From Candidatus Nomurabacteria bacterium (lineage in GTDB: Bacteria > Patescibacteriota > Patescibacteriia > HK-STAS-PATE-3), in the NCBI GenBank assembly GCA_023898465.1, contig CP060223.1, positions 384,001-448,000 of the forward strand: 64,000 bases of DNA. The letters run 5' to 3'. A model generated the notes under the pieces. That model worked only from the letters and a program-made list of their open reading frames with translations, was not told the origin of the DNA and did not search any database. Positions 1 through 10,092 of this stretch are shown here, piece by piece. A program made the translations under genes and the position numbers. The number at the start of each line of letters is the position of its first letter. The first letter of the stretch is position 1.

Positions 1-905
1 TGATCTAAGCCTCGGAGTAAGGCGCCGCCACCAGAGAGGATAATACCTCGCTCGTAAATATCAGCTACTAACTCAGGCGGAGTACTTTCAATCGTAGTTT
101 TAATTGCATCGATAATCATACGCACAGAGCGTTGAGTAGCTTCTAAAATATGTTGACTACTTACAGTGACCTCGCGAGGTAATCCACTAATCAAGTCGCG
201 TCCCCGCATTTTTGTTTCTCGCTCTTCCACCTTCTCATTTGCTGCGCCAATGGCAATTTTAATATCCTCAGCAGTTCGTTCACCGAGAAGCAGATTAAAA
301 TGATCGCGGGCGTAATTAATGATGTTCTCATTTAGTTCGTCGCCGGCTATACGCAGAGATTTCCAAGCCACCACACCACCTAGCGCAATGACTGCAATCT
401 CCGTAGTTCCACCGCCAATATCGACGACCATATTTCCCGAAGGGTCTTGTATAGGCAGTCGTGATCCAATCGCTGCCGCCATTGGTTCTTCAATAAGATA
501 CACTTCACGTGCGCCAGCTGAGAGAGTGGCGTCTTCAACTGCTTTACGCTCCACTTCTGTTACACCGAGCGGAATGCCAATAACTACGCGTGGGCGCGGT
601 AAAAGCCCAGAGTTTTCTCGGTGCACTTTTTGGATAAAGTGCTTTAACATTTTTTCAGTAACTTCGAAGTCGGAAATTACACCGTCAACCAGAGGCCGAG
701 TAGCTACAATGTGCCCAGGTGTTTTTCCTACCATTTTACGCGCCTCATCACCTACAGCAAGAATTTGATCGGTGCGGGTGTTGATGGCAACTACCGAAGG
801 TTCGTTGATGACAATTCCCTTGTCTCGTACGTACACAAGCGTATTTGAGGTGCCGAGATCGATTCCCATGTCGCGGGAAAAACGACCAAAGATTCTATTG
901 AGCAT
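1..905 (-). CDS. mreB: Rod-shape determining actin homolog MreB (copy 1), partial; C-terminus runs off the window start
   Basis: Reverse-complement translation from about 905 reads MLNRIFGRFSRDMGIDLGTSNTLVYVRDKGIVINEPSVVAI..., with the actin-fold phosphate-1 motif DLGT. Plus-strand ORFs 319..768 and 772..1116 are typical antisense shadow ORFs of mreB. They match the shadow ORF 7554..7880 opposite the second mreB. Confidence 0.8.
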   Translation of the reverse strand, partial: MLNRIFGRFSRDMGIDLGTSNTLVYVRDKGIVINEPSVVAINTRTDQILAVGDEARKMVGKTPGHIVATRPLVDGVISDFEVTEKMLKHFIQKVHRENSGLLPRPRVVIGIPLGVTEVERKAVEDATLSAGAREVYLIEEPMAAAIGSRLPIQDPSGNMVVDIGGGTTEIAVIALGGVVAWKSLRIAGDELNENIINYARDHFNLLLGERTAEDIKIAIGAANEKVEERETKMRGRDLISGLPREVTVSSQHILEATQRSVRMIIDAIKTTIESTPPELVADIYERGIILSGGGALLRGLD

Positions 906-907
906 GC

Positions 908-2191
908 TTATCCTTTCTCCCCACTCAAGGTGTGCAAGATGTCCTGTGGCGAGAGAAGTTGACTGTCTTTCTCATCACGTTTTTTTACCTCGACCTTGTC
1001 ACCTGTCTTTGCTGAAACGAGTAATCGATATGGTATCCCCAGCAGATCCGAATCATTTAACTTCTCGCCGGCCGATGCATTGCGGTCATCATAGAGGACA
1101 GTTTTACCTGCATTGAGAAGTAAGGTAATGAGGGTTTCCGTTGCAGAGTTAATCTCTGGTGTATTGCCTAATTGCACAACGTGGAAGTCAAAAGGTGCTA
1201 CGGACAAGGGCCAGCGAATACCTTTTTCATCATTGTGTACTTCAACAATGGTCCCAATTAAACGCGAAACGCCAATACCATAGGAAGCCATGATAATAGG
1301 CATCTTTTTACCTTCCTCATTCACGAAATGAGCTCCGATGCCATCGCTGTATTTTGTGCCAAGCTTGAAAATATTACCTACCTCAATAGCTCGGCTAATC
1401 TGGATGCGATCCTCTGGATTATTTGGACAAGGATTACCCTCTTTTACCTTTGCGATTTCTTTATTTTGCGCAAAAGTACAATTAGGGCAGTAAAATATAT
1501 GATCTTCACCTGCTTCGGTGAGCACCTGGAACTCGTGTGAGTATTCTTTAGTAAAGTCACCGCCGGATGCTTCAACAATTTTTGCATCCAGGCCACATCG
1601 GGTAAACACATTGAGATAAGCAGTTTTCACTCTCTCATAGTATGCATTCATATCATCTTCACTGGTATGCAAGCTATAGAGATCCTTCATGCTAAATTCC
1701 CTGCCACGATTCAAACCAGACTTTGGTCGAGCTTCGTGACGAAACTTTGTTTGAATCTGATACAGCGCAACAGGTAAATCCTTATATGATTTTACAAATT
1801 GCCGAGCGAGTTCAGCAATGACTTCCTCGTGTGTTACACCTAGGCCTACGTGCTTTTCAGAATGATCGAGGAACTGATACATGACAGGTTTCAGTCCTTC
1901 CCATCGACCAGTTTTATCCCACAGCTCTTTTGGTTGAAGGGCCGGCATGAGCACTTCTTGTCCATCAACCGCATTCATCTCTTCTCGGATGATGGTTTCA
2001 ATCTTCCGAAGCACACGCAAACCAAGCGGAAGATAGCTATATGCTCCAGCCATGTGCTTGCGAATAAAAGCTCCCTGCTCTAGCAAGCGGGCATTAATAC
2101 TTTCCTCGCCTCTTGGCGCTTCACGTAATGTGGTGCCAAAGAGTTGAGACTGTCGAACAAGGTTAGGAACCGAAGCTTTGGAAGAAATCAC
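908..2191 (-). CDS. proS: Prolyl-tRNA synthetase, short bacterial form without INS editing domain (427 aa)
   Basis: Class II aaRS motifs are present (FRHEARPKSGLNRGREFSMKD, GIGVSRL). The N-terminus MISSKASVPNLVRQSQLFGTTLREAP is typical of ProRS. Confidence 0.85.
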   Translation of the reverse strand: MISSKASVPNLVRQSQLFGTTLREAPRGEESINARLLEQGAFIRKHMAGAYSYLPLGLRVLRKIETIIREEMNAVDGQEVLMPALQPKELWDKTGRWEGLKPVMYQFLDHSEKHVGLGVTHEEVIAELARQFVKSYKDLPVALYQIQTKFRHEARPKSGLNRGREFSMKDLYSLHTSEDDMNAYYERVKTAYLNVFTRCGLDAKIVEASGGDFTKEYSHEFQVLTEAGEDHIFYCPNCTFAQNKEIAKVKEGNPCPNNPEDRIQISRAIEVGNIFKLGTKYSDGIGAHFVNEEGKKMPIIMASYGIGVSRLIGTIVEVHNDEKGIRWPLSVAPFDFHVVQLGNTPEINSATETLITLLLNAGKTVLYDDRNASAGEKLNDSDLLGIPYRLLVSAKTGDKVEVKKRDEKDSQLLSPQDILHTLSGEKG

Positions 2192-3281
2192 GGACGCGAT
2201 CTCCGATGTTAAAACGATTAATGTCTTGAATGCTAATAACTAGAATAAAAAGAATGAGGGCATAAAAACCTATCGTATGCACTAGACCCTCAACTTTTGG
2301 ACTGACTGCTTTGCCACGCACTTTTTCGAGAAGAACAAAGAAAACTCTTCCACCGTCTAAAGCTGGAATTGGAAGAATATTCATCACTGCTAAGCTAAGC
2401 GATAGCACCGCAGTGAACTGAAGGACATAGACGAAACCAAGTTTAGCTACCTGCCCAGTCACAACAGCGATACCAATCGGGCCTGCCACGTCAGGTGAAA
2501 CCATTCCCTGAGTAAATAGGAGCTTAAAGAGCTCAAAAAGCGATACGATAATTAGCCAGAGCAGCTGTAGCGTATACCAAGGACCCAACCAAAGTGCTTG
2601 ATACCATGGGTAGCGTACGAGACCGGTTTCGGCGGCCGCTACACCAATCTTCGGCGTCGTATCACCCTCGGCGATCTCAGGAGTTACCGTGAGTGTTTTA
2701 CTTTCATTTTCATGCGAATACTGCAGTTCGAGCGCTTCAATAGGTTCTTGTGAGGTGGCGGCCTGGAGATCGCTCACCGTGCGTATTTCCTGACCGTTAA
2801 TTTTTTCAATAACGTCATTCACAGCTAAGCCAGCTTTTTCGGCTGGTGATCCTTCGACTACCGTCACAATCTGTAGCTTATGATCAGAAACCTGACCACC
2901 TGATGCGAGCTGGTCTTGATCTAAAGCGGATGGAATACCAATCCCAAAGGCTATACTGAGTAATACCGCCGCAGTAATTACGTTCATGAGTACGCCCGCC
3001 GAGAGGATGACGACGCGTTTCCAAGGTGCTTGGGCTACGAAGCTATCAGGATCGACATTTTCGCCAGACTCCCCTTTTAAGCGTACGAAGCCACCAAATG
3101 GTATCCAGTTAATCGAATAAATAGTATCGCCACGTCGGATTCCGGCAATGCGAGGCGGGAAACCAAAACCAAATTCCTCAACCTTTACACCTAGTTTACG
3201 AGCAGCGCTGAAGTGTCCAAATTCATGAACAAAGACGACTACACTAAATACGACGATAAATACGATGAGGGTAAGTAACAT
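2163..3281 (-). CDS. rseP: Site-2 protease, RseP-like M50 zinc metalloprotease with PDZ domain
   Basis: HEFGH zinc motif near the N-terminus, multiple TM segments, an internal PDZ-like segment and the LDGG motif. Confidence 0.8.
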   Translation of the reverse strand: MLLTLIVFIVVFSVVVFVHEFGHFSAARKLGVKVEEFGFGFPPRIAGIRRGDTIYSINWIPFGGFVRLKGESGENVDPDSFVAQAPWKRVVILSAGVLMNVITAAVLLSIAFGIGIPSALDQDQLASGGQVSDHKLQIVTVVEGSPAEKAGLAVNDVIEKINGQEIRTVSDLQAATSQEPIEALELQYSHENESKTLTVTPEIAEGDTTPKIGVAAAETGLVRYPWYQALWLGPWYTLQLLWLIIVSLFELFKLLFTQGMVSPDVAGPIGIAVVTGQVAKLGFVYVLQFTAVLSLSLAVMNILPIPALDGGRVFFVLLEKVRGKAVSPKVEGLVHTIGFYALILFILVISIQDINRFNIGDRVRDFFQSFGS

Positions 3282-3284
3282 AGC

Positions 3285-3830
3285 TTATACAGTCATTATT
3301 TCTTCTTCTTTTGCTTTGGCTAAGTCGCGTAATTGCGTGTGAAATTTTTGCAGTGATTCTTGCAGCTCTTTTTCCTGCCGTTCAACAATGTCTTCTGAGA
3401 GTGAACCCTCTTTTCCTTGATCACGCCAAGTTCGCAATACTTCTTCGCGGGTTTTTTTCATTGCCACCTTTGCCTCTTCTTCAAACTGCACCACAACTTT
3501 CAACAGCTCTTTACGACGCTCTTCAGTTAATTCAGGTAATGGTAAGCGAATAGTTGTGCCATCGAGGCTAGGTTGTAGCCCAAGCGGTGAAGCCTTAATG
3601 GCCTTTTCAATTTCCTGGACCATTGAAGCATCCCAGGGTTGGATGACTATTAAACGAGGCTCAGGCGCGGAAATATTTGCCAATTGCTGCAGAGGCATAT
3701 TTGAACCGTAAGCTTCAACTTTTAGATTTTCCACTAGGGCCGGATTTGCTCGGCCGGTTCGCAATGTTGCTAATTGCGATTTATAGAAATCAAGTGCTTT
3801 TTGAAATTTTTCTGTATAGGTGTCGGACAT
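3285..3830 (-). CDS. frr: Ribosome recycling factor
   Basis: 181 aa with RRF-like sequence throughout (LRTGRANPALVENLKVEAYGSNMPLQQLANIS...). Confidence 0.9.
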   Translation of the reverse strand: MSDTYTEKFQKALDFYKSQLATLRTGRANPALVENLKVEAYGSNMPLQQLANISAPEPRLIVIQPWDASMVQEIEKAIKASPLGLQPSLDGTTIRLPLPELTEERRKELLKVVVQFEEEAKVAMKKTREEVLRTWRDQGKEGSLSEDIVERQEKELQESLQKFHTQLRDLAKAKEEEIMTV

Positions 3831-3831
3831 A

Positions 3832-4899
3832 TTATTTCTCTACAAAAAGTGTACCAATAAAGTGTTGATCTGGACGTTGAGGATGAATCGCATATACCGT
3901 GACAAGTCGACTGGTGGGAATAGTAACTACTTCCCAAGTAGCTCCGGCGTCTTTGCTGATATGCAATTTATTTTCTGTTGTGAAGAAAATATTATTTGAG
4001 TTGCGCGGGTCAACATGCACAGTACGTATCACCAGTGTGTTATTAGGCACCAAAGTTTGCATTGCCTCCCAATTACTACCAAGGTCATTTGAACGAAGCA
4101 GGCCATAGTTGGTAGCGATATATATGCGTGATGCTTGTTGTGTGTCGAATGCTAATGCGTTTACCACATTTGCACCGTTAAATTGCATTAGGTTTTCTTG
4201 CAAAGGAGTCCAGGTTAATCCTGCATCGCCGGAACGTTGTAGATACTTCTTATCCACAATAGCCATGAGTATTGTTGCATCATTTGGATGCATGTAGAGC
4301 TGATTAACTGCGCTTTGGAAAATGTGAAGCACGTGCCAGGTCTGACCACGATCGAGACTTTCAAGAATCACTCCACCCGTGTTGCTGGCGTAGATGTGAT
4401 CGGCATTATTTGGTTCAATAACAATGCTGGTAATAACAAGCTGCTCACGTGATTCTGTATACACGCGATCCCAGGTAATTCCACCGTCAAAGCTTTTTTC
4501 AATATGAGGTCCGTAGCCAGCATAGAGGACTTCCGGCTCCTCCGGGTCGATTGCTAAGGCAATAACGTTACCATCTTGGCGTCCAGTTACCTGCCAGCGC
4601 TCGCCTGCATCTTCAGTTCGATAAAGACCGTTTCCACGGGTGCCATAGTAAATGGTGTCTGGGTCAGATGGGTGAAAGACAAATATGCCGCCATTCGCTT
4701 TCTCAATGGTGACCAGCTTTTTATCAACCGTGCCGATGATGGCTTTTTGCTCCCAAGTTTGACCCTGATCATCGCTACGAAAAGCTCCACCGTCTGCTTG
4801 TTTTGAGGGTCCAAAAATTGTGCAACTCTGTCCAGTGAGTGCAATAATGGAAAGTAATCCAATAGAGAGAAGTGTGGTGCGTAGTAGAGATTTAGACAT
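3832..4899 (-). CDS. Secreted or lipoprotein-like BNR/Asp-box repeat beta-propeller protein (sialidase / Ycf48-like fold)
   Basis: Seven S-x-D-x-G-x-T-W repeats: SDDQGQTW, TEDAGERW, SFDGGITW, SLDRGQTW, SGDAGLTW, SNDLGSNW, SKDAGATW. N-terminal hydrophobic signal MSKSLLRTTLLSIGLLSIIALTGQSC. The start is chosen at the internal Met; the ORF track extends to 4983. Confidence 0.6.
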   Translation of the reverse strand: MSKSLLRTTLLSIGLLSIIALTGQSCTIFGPSKQADGGAFRSDDQGQTWEQKAIIGTVDKKLVTIEKANGGIFVFHPSDPDTIYYGTRGNGLYRTEDAGERWQVTGRQDGNVIALAIDPEEPEVLYAGYGPHIEKSFDGGITWDRVYTESREQLVITSIVIEPNNADHIYASNTGGVILESLDRGQTWHVLHIFQSAVNQLYMHPNDATILMAIVDKKYLQRSGDAGLTWTPLQENLMQFNGANVVNALAFDTQQASRIYIATNYGLLRSNDLGSNWEAMQTLVPNNTLVIRTVHVDPRNSNNIFFTTENKLHISKDAGATWEVVTIPTSRLVTVYAIHPQRPDQHFIGTLFVEK

Positions 4900-5863
4900 A
4901 GGTGAGAAGTAAATCCTCGAGTAAAAGTGCTGCTTGAGTGTTTTGTCGTAATAGTTTTTGACCCTGAAGCGCTTTGCGCACATGTTTCACTCGATGTGCC
5001 TGAAGTTTTTGTCCAGTCTGGTCTTTTTGAAAGAGTCGATTTTTTTCGTCGAGTACGAGATAGTGGAGAAATCGTGCAGCAATCTCTTGCTTTTCAGAGA
5101 ATTCTTTCACGCCCTTGAAAAGAGTCGTAACAAATTGGTGTTTTTCATGAAGCGACTGAGTGCGTAGTTGGCGAATATTCTCGAGCAGTTGTTCAGCTGC
5201 ATCTAGTGCCTCACTGTCATTTACCCAGTCGGTAAGTAGTCCAGGACGACCTTCTGCTAAAGCGACAATATCACGCGTGCGCTTCTTCTCAGAGAAATGT
5301 TCAAGTAAATGTTCTTCAAGTTGAGCATCTTTACTTCCCTGCAAAGGAATTTGCTGACAGCGAGATCGAAGCGTGCTAAGGAGGAGCTGTGGGTGTGAGC
5401 TAGTGCAGAGAAAAAGTGTTTTTGGCGGCGCATCCTCAAATGCCTTGAGTAATGCATTCATAGCCGATTCAGAAAGTGCATCTATATCACTCATGAGTAC
5501 AACACGGTGTTTTGCTCGTAAGGGACTTTGTTGTGCTGCTTGCACTATTTTTCGTACATCTTCAACACCTGAAAACTCAGCAGCAGAAAATCCAACAAAG
5601 TCAGTGTGGGAACTTAATTCTGTTGAGCTTACGATTGGCCATGGTAGCGTAGCCTCCATATCGTTAAGGATATGATGGGCAAAGATTTGAGCTAGCGTGG
5701 TTTTGCCTACTTGAGCGGGTCCGGTAAAAAGGTAGGCGTGATGTAAGGAGCCTGACTGCTGGACATTTTGCAAATACTGACAAACCTGCTCGTTCCCTAT
5801 AAAGTGCGGGAATGACCAGTTGGCGTTTTTTTGCGCCCGCTTAGGAGTTTTTTTCTTCATCAA
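4892..5863 (-). CDS. holB: DNA polymerase III delta-prime subunit (AAA+ clamp-loader)
   Basis: Walker A GPAQVGKTT, an SRC-like motif LRSRCQ and about 320 aa length. Confidence 0.7.
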   Translation of the reverse strand: MMKKKTPKRAQKNANWSFPHFIGNEQVCQYLQNVQQSGSLHHAYLFTGPAQVGKTTLAQIFAHHILNDMEATLPWPIVSSTELSSHTDFVGFSAAEFSGVEDVRKIVQAAQQSPLRAKHRVVLMSDIDALSESAMNALLKAFEDAPPKTLFLCTSSHPQLLLSTLRSRCQQIPLQGSKDAQLEEHLLEHFSEKKRTRDIVALAEGRPGLLTDWVNDSEALDAAEQLLENIRQLRTQSLHEKHQFVTTLFKGVKEFSEKQEIAARFLHYLVLDEKNRLFQKDQTGQKLQAHRVKHVRKALQGQKLLRQNTQAALLLEDLLLTYV

Positions 5864-5902
5864 AGCGAATCGACTCTACCATATCAGGGGCTTTTTCGCA
5901 AG

Positions 5903-7087
5903 CTACATTTGCTCAATTAGGTCTCGTATTTGTTGACCTGTTTTTTGCCAGCTAAAGCCTTTTACTTGTTGGAACCCCTTTTCACGCAATTGTTCGCGCA
6001 GCTCGCTTGAACCATTCACATCCTTTAGTGCCTGGGCGATGCTCTCTGGTGTATCATCTCTCAAATAGTAAGCTGCATTGCCAGCCACTTCAGGCAAAGA
6101 CGCAAATTTTGAGCATATCACTGGCACGCCGAGCGCCATGGCCTCTAAAACCGGTAATCCAAAGCCTTCGTATTTACTTGGGAAAAGGAGCATGCGGGCT
6201 CCAGCCATAATTTGCGGAACTTCCTCGTGTACTCGCTCAAGTAAAAAGATTTGTTTCCGCGTTTCTTCATCAAGTGCAGCCCAGGCTTCGTCAAAGCCCG
6301 TACCCGGCTTGCCAATCAAGACAAGATGCTGATCTTTGTTTTCTTTTTGAAATTGTGCAAAACCGCGCAAAAGTCCATCTATGTTTTTTTTCTTTTCCCA
6401 ACGCCCAATAAAAAATACATATGATTCAGGAAGCGCATATGTGTGACGCGTTTGCGCAATCTCTTCTTCTGAATAAGTCTTTGCGTAATCAGGGTGTAAG
6501 CCATTATGAATAACCCGAATGCGCTCTTTAGGAAAAGGAAAAAAGTGGCAAATTTCATCGCGGGAGAAATTCGAAACGGTCAGGATCTCGCCTCCATGTT
6601 GTAACGCCATGCGGACACTAAAGCGGTGATAATCTAGCTCGTTGTTTCCGTAGCGTCCTAGTGAGAAAAGTCGCACAAAAAAACTAAAGAGGTAGCGCAA
6701 TACTCCTCTTTTTGGCCCAATGGGATGCTGCGCATAAAGTTCTGGAAAGCGTTCAAATCCCACGTCATGAATAGTCGTGATAAGTTTTTTGGGATGGATA
6801 AACGGAATTGTATGAGCAGGTACAAAAAGTATCTCAGGTTTATTCCAAAACATTTCCCAAGATAGCCGGAAGAGATTCCAAAGAAATTTTGGCGGCCATT
6901 TTAGCACTCGTATCTCAGCTTTTTCAGCCAGATAGTGCATATCAGCAACTAGGGGCTCCTTCACATACAGTACGTAGCTATTTTTTGTATCTTGCTCAAG
7001 TAACTCCTTGATAACAAAAAACGAGTACCATTCTGTGCCGGTACGGTGGAGCGTATTGGCGCGAGATGCATCAATACCGATTCGCAT
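5903..7087 (-). CDS. Glycosyltransferase family 4 (GT-B)
   Basis: C-terminal EX7E-type motif FPSKYEGFGLPVLEAMALGVPVI. Confidence 0.8.
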   Translation of the reverse strand: MRIGIDASRANTLHRTGTEWYSFFVIKELLEQDTKNSYVLYVKEPLVADMHYLAEKAEIRVLKWPPKFLWNLFRLSWEMFWNKPEILFVPAHTIPFIHPKKLITTIHDVGFERFPELYAQHPIGPKRGVLRYLFSFFVRLFSLGRYGNNELDYHRFSVRMALQHGGEILTVSNFSRDEICHFFPFPKERIRVIHNGLHPDYAKTYSEEEIAQTRHTYALPESYVFFIGRWEKKKNIDGLLRGFAQFQKENKDQHLVLIGKPGTGFDEAWAALDEETRKQIFLLERVHEEVPQIMAGARMLLFPSKYEGFGLPVLEAMALGVPVICSKFASLPEVAGNAAYYLRDDTPESIAQALKDVNGSSELREQLREKGFQQVKGFSWQKTGQQIRDLIEQM

Positions 7088-8101
7088 TTACTTTGTCATT
7101 AAAATGCTGCGCTTGTAGGATTCGAGGTTTTCTAGAGCAACTCCGGTGCCGCGAGCAACACAGAGACGGGTATCATCAGCCACATAGGCTGGCACACCGG
7201 TAGCTTGAGACATGAGTCGATCAATGTTGCGTAGCTGTGAGGATCCGCCACTAAGTACCATGCCTTTATCAATGACGTCGGCAGAGAGCTCAGGAGGAGT
7301 TTCCTGGAGCACTGATTTGACTGCTTGGATAATCCCAGCCAGCTCATCTTGAATTGCCTCAGTCACATCGTCAGACAGCACGGTAATGGTTTTTGGTAGA
7401 CCGCTAATAATATCGCGTCCGCGAACTTCTAGAGCCAATTTCTCATCCATTGGTAAAGCAGACCCGATCATTATTTTGACTTGCTCGGCTGTTTGCTCGC
7501 CAATTGCTAGGCCATATTTTTTGCGTATGTATTCCTGAATTGCGGCATCTAATTTGTTTCCTCCAATGCGCACTGAGGTATTTGCCACAATACCACCCAG
7601 GGAAATGACAGCAATTTCTGAGGTACCACCGCCAATATCGATAATCATGTGCCCAGAGGCAGATCCGATCGGGATATTTGCACCAATAGCCGCTGCAATA
7701 GGCTCTTTGATAATATACGCGGCCTTTGCTCCAGCGGCTAAGGTTGCGTCGACCACAGCTCTTCGTTCAGTTGAGGTAATGCCGGCCGGTACAGCAATCA
7801 TAACTTCAGGGCGGAAAAAGCGGACACCGCCAGAAGCTTTATTAATAAAATACCGCAGCATTGCTTCAGTCGTGCGATAGTCGGCAATTACTCCATCGCG
7901 AAGTGGTCGATATGCCACAATAGTGTCAGGGGTTCTTCCTAACATTTCCTTTGCTTCATCACCCACTGCGAGCACCTTCTTGTCCATCAATGAGACTGCC
8001 ACCACAGACGGTTCATTAATCACAATACCACGCCCGGGCACATGGACGAGCGTTGACGTGGTACCAAGATCAATCCCCAATCGTTTCAAGAAAAAAGCCA
8101 T
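7088..8101 (-). CDS. mreB: MreB paralog (copy 2) embedded in the glycan locus
   Basis: 337 aa with GIDLGTTSTLV, DIGGGTSEIAV and LSGGSSQL actin-fold motifs. It is clearly a paralog of the partial copy at 1..905. Confidence 0.85.
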   Translation of the reverse strand: MAFFLKRLGIDLGTTSTLVHVPGRGIVINEPSVVAVSLMDKKVLAVGDEAKEMLGRTPDTIVAYRPLRDGVIADYRTTEAMLRYFINKASGGVRFFRPEVMIAVPAGITSTERRAVVDATLAAGAKAAYIIKEPIAAAIGANIPIGSASGHMIIDIGGGTSEIAVISLGGIVANTSVRIGGNKLDAAIQEYIRKKYGLAIGEQTAEQVKIMIGSALPMDEKLALEVRGRDIISGLPKTITVLSDDVTEAIQDELAGIIQAVKSVLQETPPELSADVIDKGMVLSGGSSQLRNIDRLMSQATGVPAYVADDTRLCVARGTGVALENLESYKRSILMTK

Positions 8102-8102
8102 G

Positions 8103-10043
8103 CTATTTCTCCAGGATGAAGGTCAGGTCGTGTGATAATGGACCGCTTAAATATACGCCATCGTTTTCACTTTGCAGATACTCGAGTGGTGTAATGGTGT
8201 GCGACTTATATCCAGGGTGGATACGTATTTCTAAGCTATGTGGCTCTGTGCCTGGCTGCTTCTGCACATCAAGCTGATAGTCACCCTTCTTTAGAGTATC
8301 TGTAATAGCTTTTGGTAGACGATATTGGATGTGTAAGTCCCCTTCTTCAAGTGGCTCAATCGAAGTGAAGCCTTGAATAACTGTTTTGCCTAAGTCTTCG
8401 TCAAGAGTGGGTTCAGTTGCTTTACCATTCTGAATTTTATCGTTGGTCAGGAAACCCTCTGCACTAATGAGCTCACTGCCAAGCGGGACGTAGATGCGAG
8501 TGTAGGTTCTATAGCGGGTAGACTTCCAGGTAATTGTCCCCTCGTTGCGGTAGTGCACGTTAAGCGTAGCAATAGCCTCACCATCAACCATTTCAACTGA
8601 GTAGCTAATAGTTCTCTTTACTCCCGGGTCACTCTTAAGCGAAGCCATGTTTGCATCAACAACATACAGGTAGTCATCTTCTGTTTCCTTTACTTCTCCA
8701 CCCCAGTTTTCGTCCTGAATAATCGCCTGCAGTTCAGGATCCTTGAGATAGAGCAGAATTTGCTTTTCCTCAACATTTTCTAGGAAGGTTGACCAAAGTC
8801 TATTCCAATCCGATTGAGGGAGCGCTAAAAGACGATCCATGAGGATTTGTGACATCTCGCCGATGATTTCTTTACGTGCTAATTCGTCTATACCTTGTTG
8901 ATAATATCCCTGTTCAACTTGGTACTGTAATGTGTCAACGAAGTTGTCACGTGTAAATTCGATATTTTGAACAGTTATACTGCCGGTTAGTTCGATCAAT
9001 GACTCAATAAAACTTGGAGTAACCGCGATTACTCCATCAAAGGATTTTACTGGACCGCGTTCTTGCTCATAAAACCAGAGGGCTTGCTCAGCAGCTCGTG
9101 GAAAATGTGGTGACCAGTTAGAGTCTCGTAAAAACCATTGCGTACTTCGTAAATATTTTTGCAGCGGCTCGGGTGGGTCAATATCCAGGAACTTTTCAGC
9201 TGGAACGTCGAGATTATAAATGTTATCTGTGGTAAAAGTCTCAATTTCGCCAGCATCAACCTTTAAGACGCCATAGGTGCCGATAAATCCACCGGTTGGA
9301 CGGAGTTCAGTATTATTCTGCAGCAAGAATAAGTAGGTTTGCTTATCAGGATAGCCGGCTAAAACTGGAATAGTGCGCGCTAGAGATGAAAACTGAGCCA
9401 CCGCGCTCTGCACCAAAGGAAGCTTTTCGCTAATGGGGTCAATTGCGCTTTGTAGTGGGCCAACTAAGCCCGTCTTCGGCACCTTGTTAAACTCCTCCAC
9501 TGATTGCGTAATTTTGGTTTCAGCATCACGTAGGACAGGATCAGCGTCATGTAGTTTACCTAAAAGCACTCGCTTATCTTGCGGTGTTAAACTCTTTAAG
9601 CTTAATTGCCCAGAAGCGTTTTGAAATGGAACAATCGTAGTATTCGCAAAATCTGCAATTTCATGAATTGCTTGACTGCTGGTGATTGCGGCTTGAATCA
9701 GATGATCGGCTGCTGTGTATTGACGTGCAGCATATGGCAAAACGCGAAGCCAGGCTAGCCCTCGCAGAGCGCTATCCGCTTCTTCAAACTTTCCAATCGC
9801 ATCGTTTAAGGAAATCGTGGCAGCAGAAAAATCCTGTGCCTCAAAATGTTCCTGGGCATTGAGAAGCGCGTTTTGACCGTCCTTGGCAGCTCGAGCAACC
9901 TTCACAGCAGATGGATACGAGAAAGCACCTAGAATAGCGATGATGATGATAAGACTGCCTAAAACAATCCCGAGGACCTTAGGCCACCGTCTCTTTTGCT
10001 TACCCTTCTTATGTAGATTTATAGATGTTGCGCGTTCTGGCAC
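8103..10043 (-). CDS. DUF4012-like membrane-anchored protein, commonly found in cell-envelope polysaccharide loci
   Basis: N-terminal basic segment plus one TM, followed by the characteristic segment LLQNNTELRPTGGFIGTYGVLKVDAGE. The family assignment is from memory of DUF4012 signatures. Confidence 0.5.
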   Translation of the reverse strand: MPERATSINLHKKGKQKRRWPKVLGIVLGSLIIIIAILGAFSYPSAVKVARAAKDGQNALLNAQEHFEAQDFSAATISLNDAIGKFEEADSALRGLAWLRVLPYAARQYTAADHLIQAAITSSQAIHEIADFANTTIVPFQNASGQLSLKSLTPQDKRVLLGKLHDADPVLRDAETKITQSVEEFNKVPKTGLVGPLQSAIDPISEKLPLVQSAVAQFSSLARTIPVLAGYPDKQTYLFLLQNNTELRPTGGFIGTYGVLKVDAGEIETFTTDNIYNLDVPAEKFLDIDPPEPLQKYLRSTQWFLRDSNWSPHFPRAAEQALWFYEQERGPVKSFDGVIAVTPSFIESLIELTGSITVQNIEFTRDNFVDTLQYQVEQGYYQQGIDELARKEIIGEMSQILMDRLLALPQSDWNRLWSTFLENVEEKQILLYLKDPELQAIIQDENWGGEVKETEDDYLYVVDANMASLKSDPGVKRTISYSVEMVDGEAIATLNVHYRNEGTITWKSTRYRTYTRIYVPLGSELISAEGFLTNDKIQNGKATEPTLDEDLGKTVIQGFTSIEPLEEGDLHIQYRLPKAITDTLKKGDYQLDVQKQPGTEPHSLEIRIHPGYKSHTITPLEYLQSENDGVYLSGPLSHDLTFILEK

Positions 10044-10092
10044 GTTGCACTTTCAACTAGGCAATGGAGCTTCAAATTCTACTGAAAAATGC

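Noticed and set aside
319-1116. Plus-strand ORFs 319..768 and 772..1116, and the analogous ORF 7554..7880
   Set aside because: These are antisense shadow ORFs of the two mreB genes. Their Ala, Ile, Pro and Ser-rich translations mirror the mreB frame, and the same pattern recurs opposite both copies. They are not independent genes.
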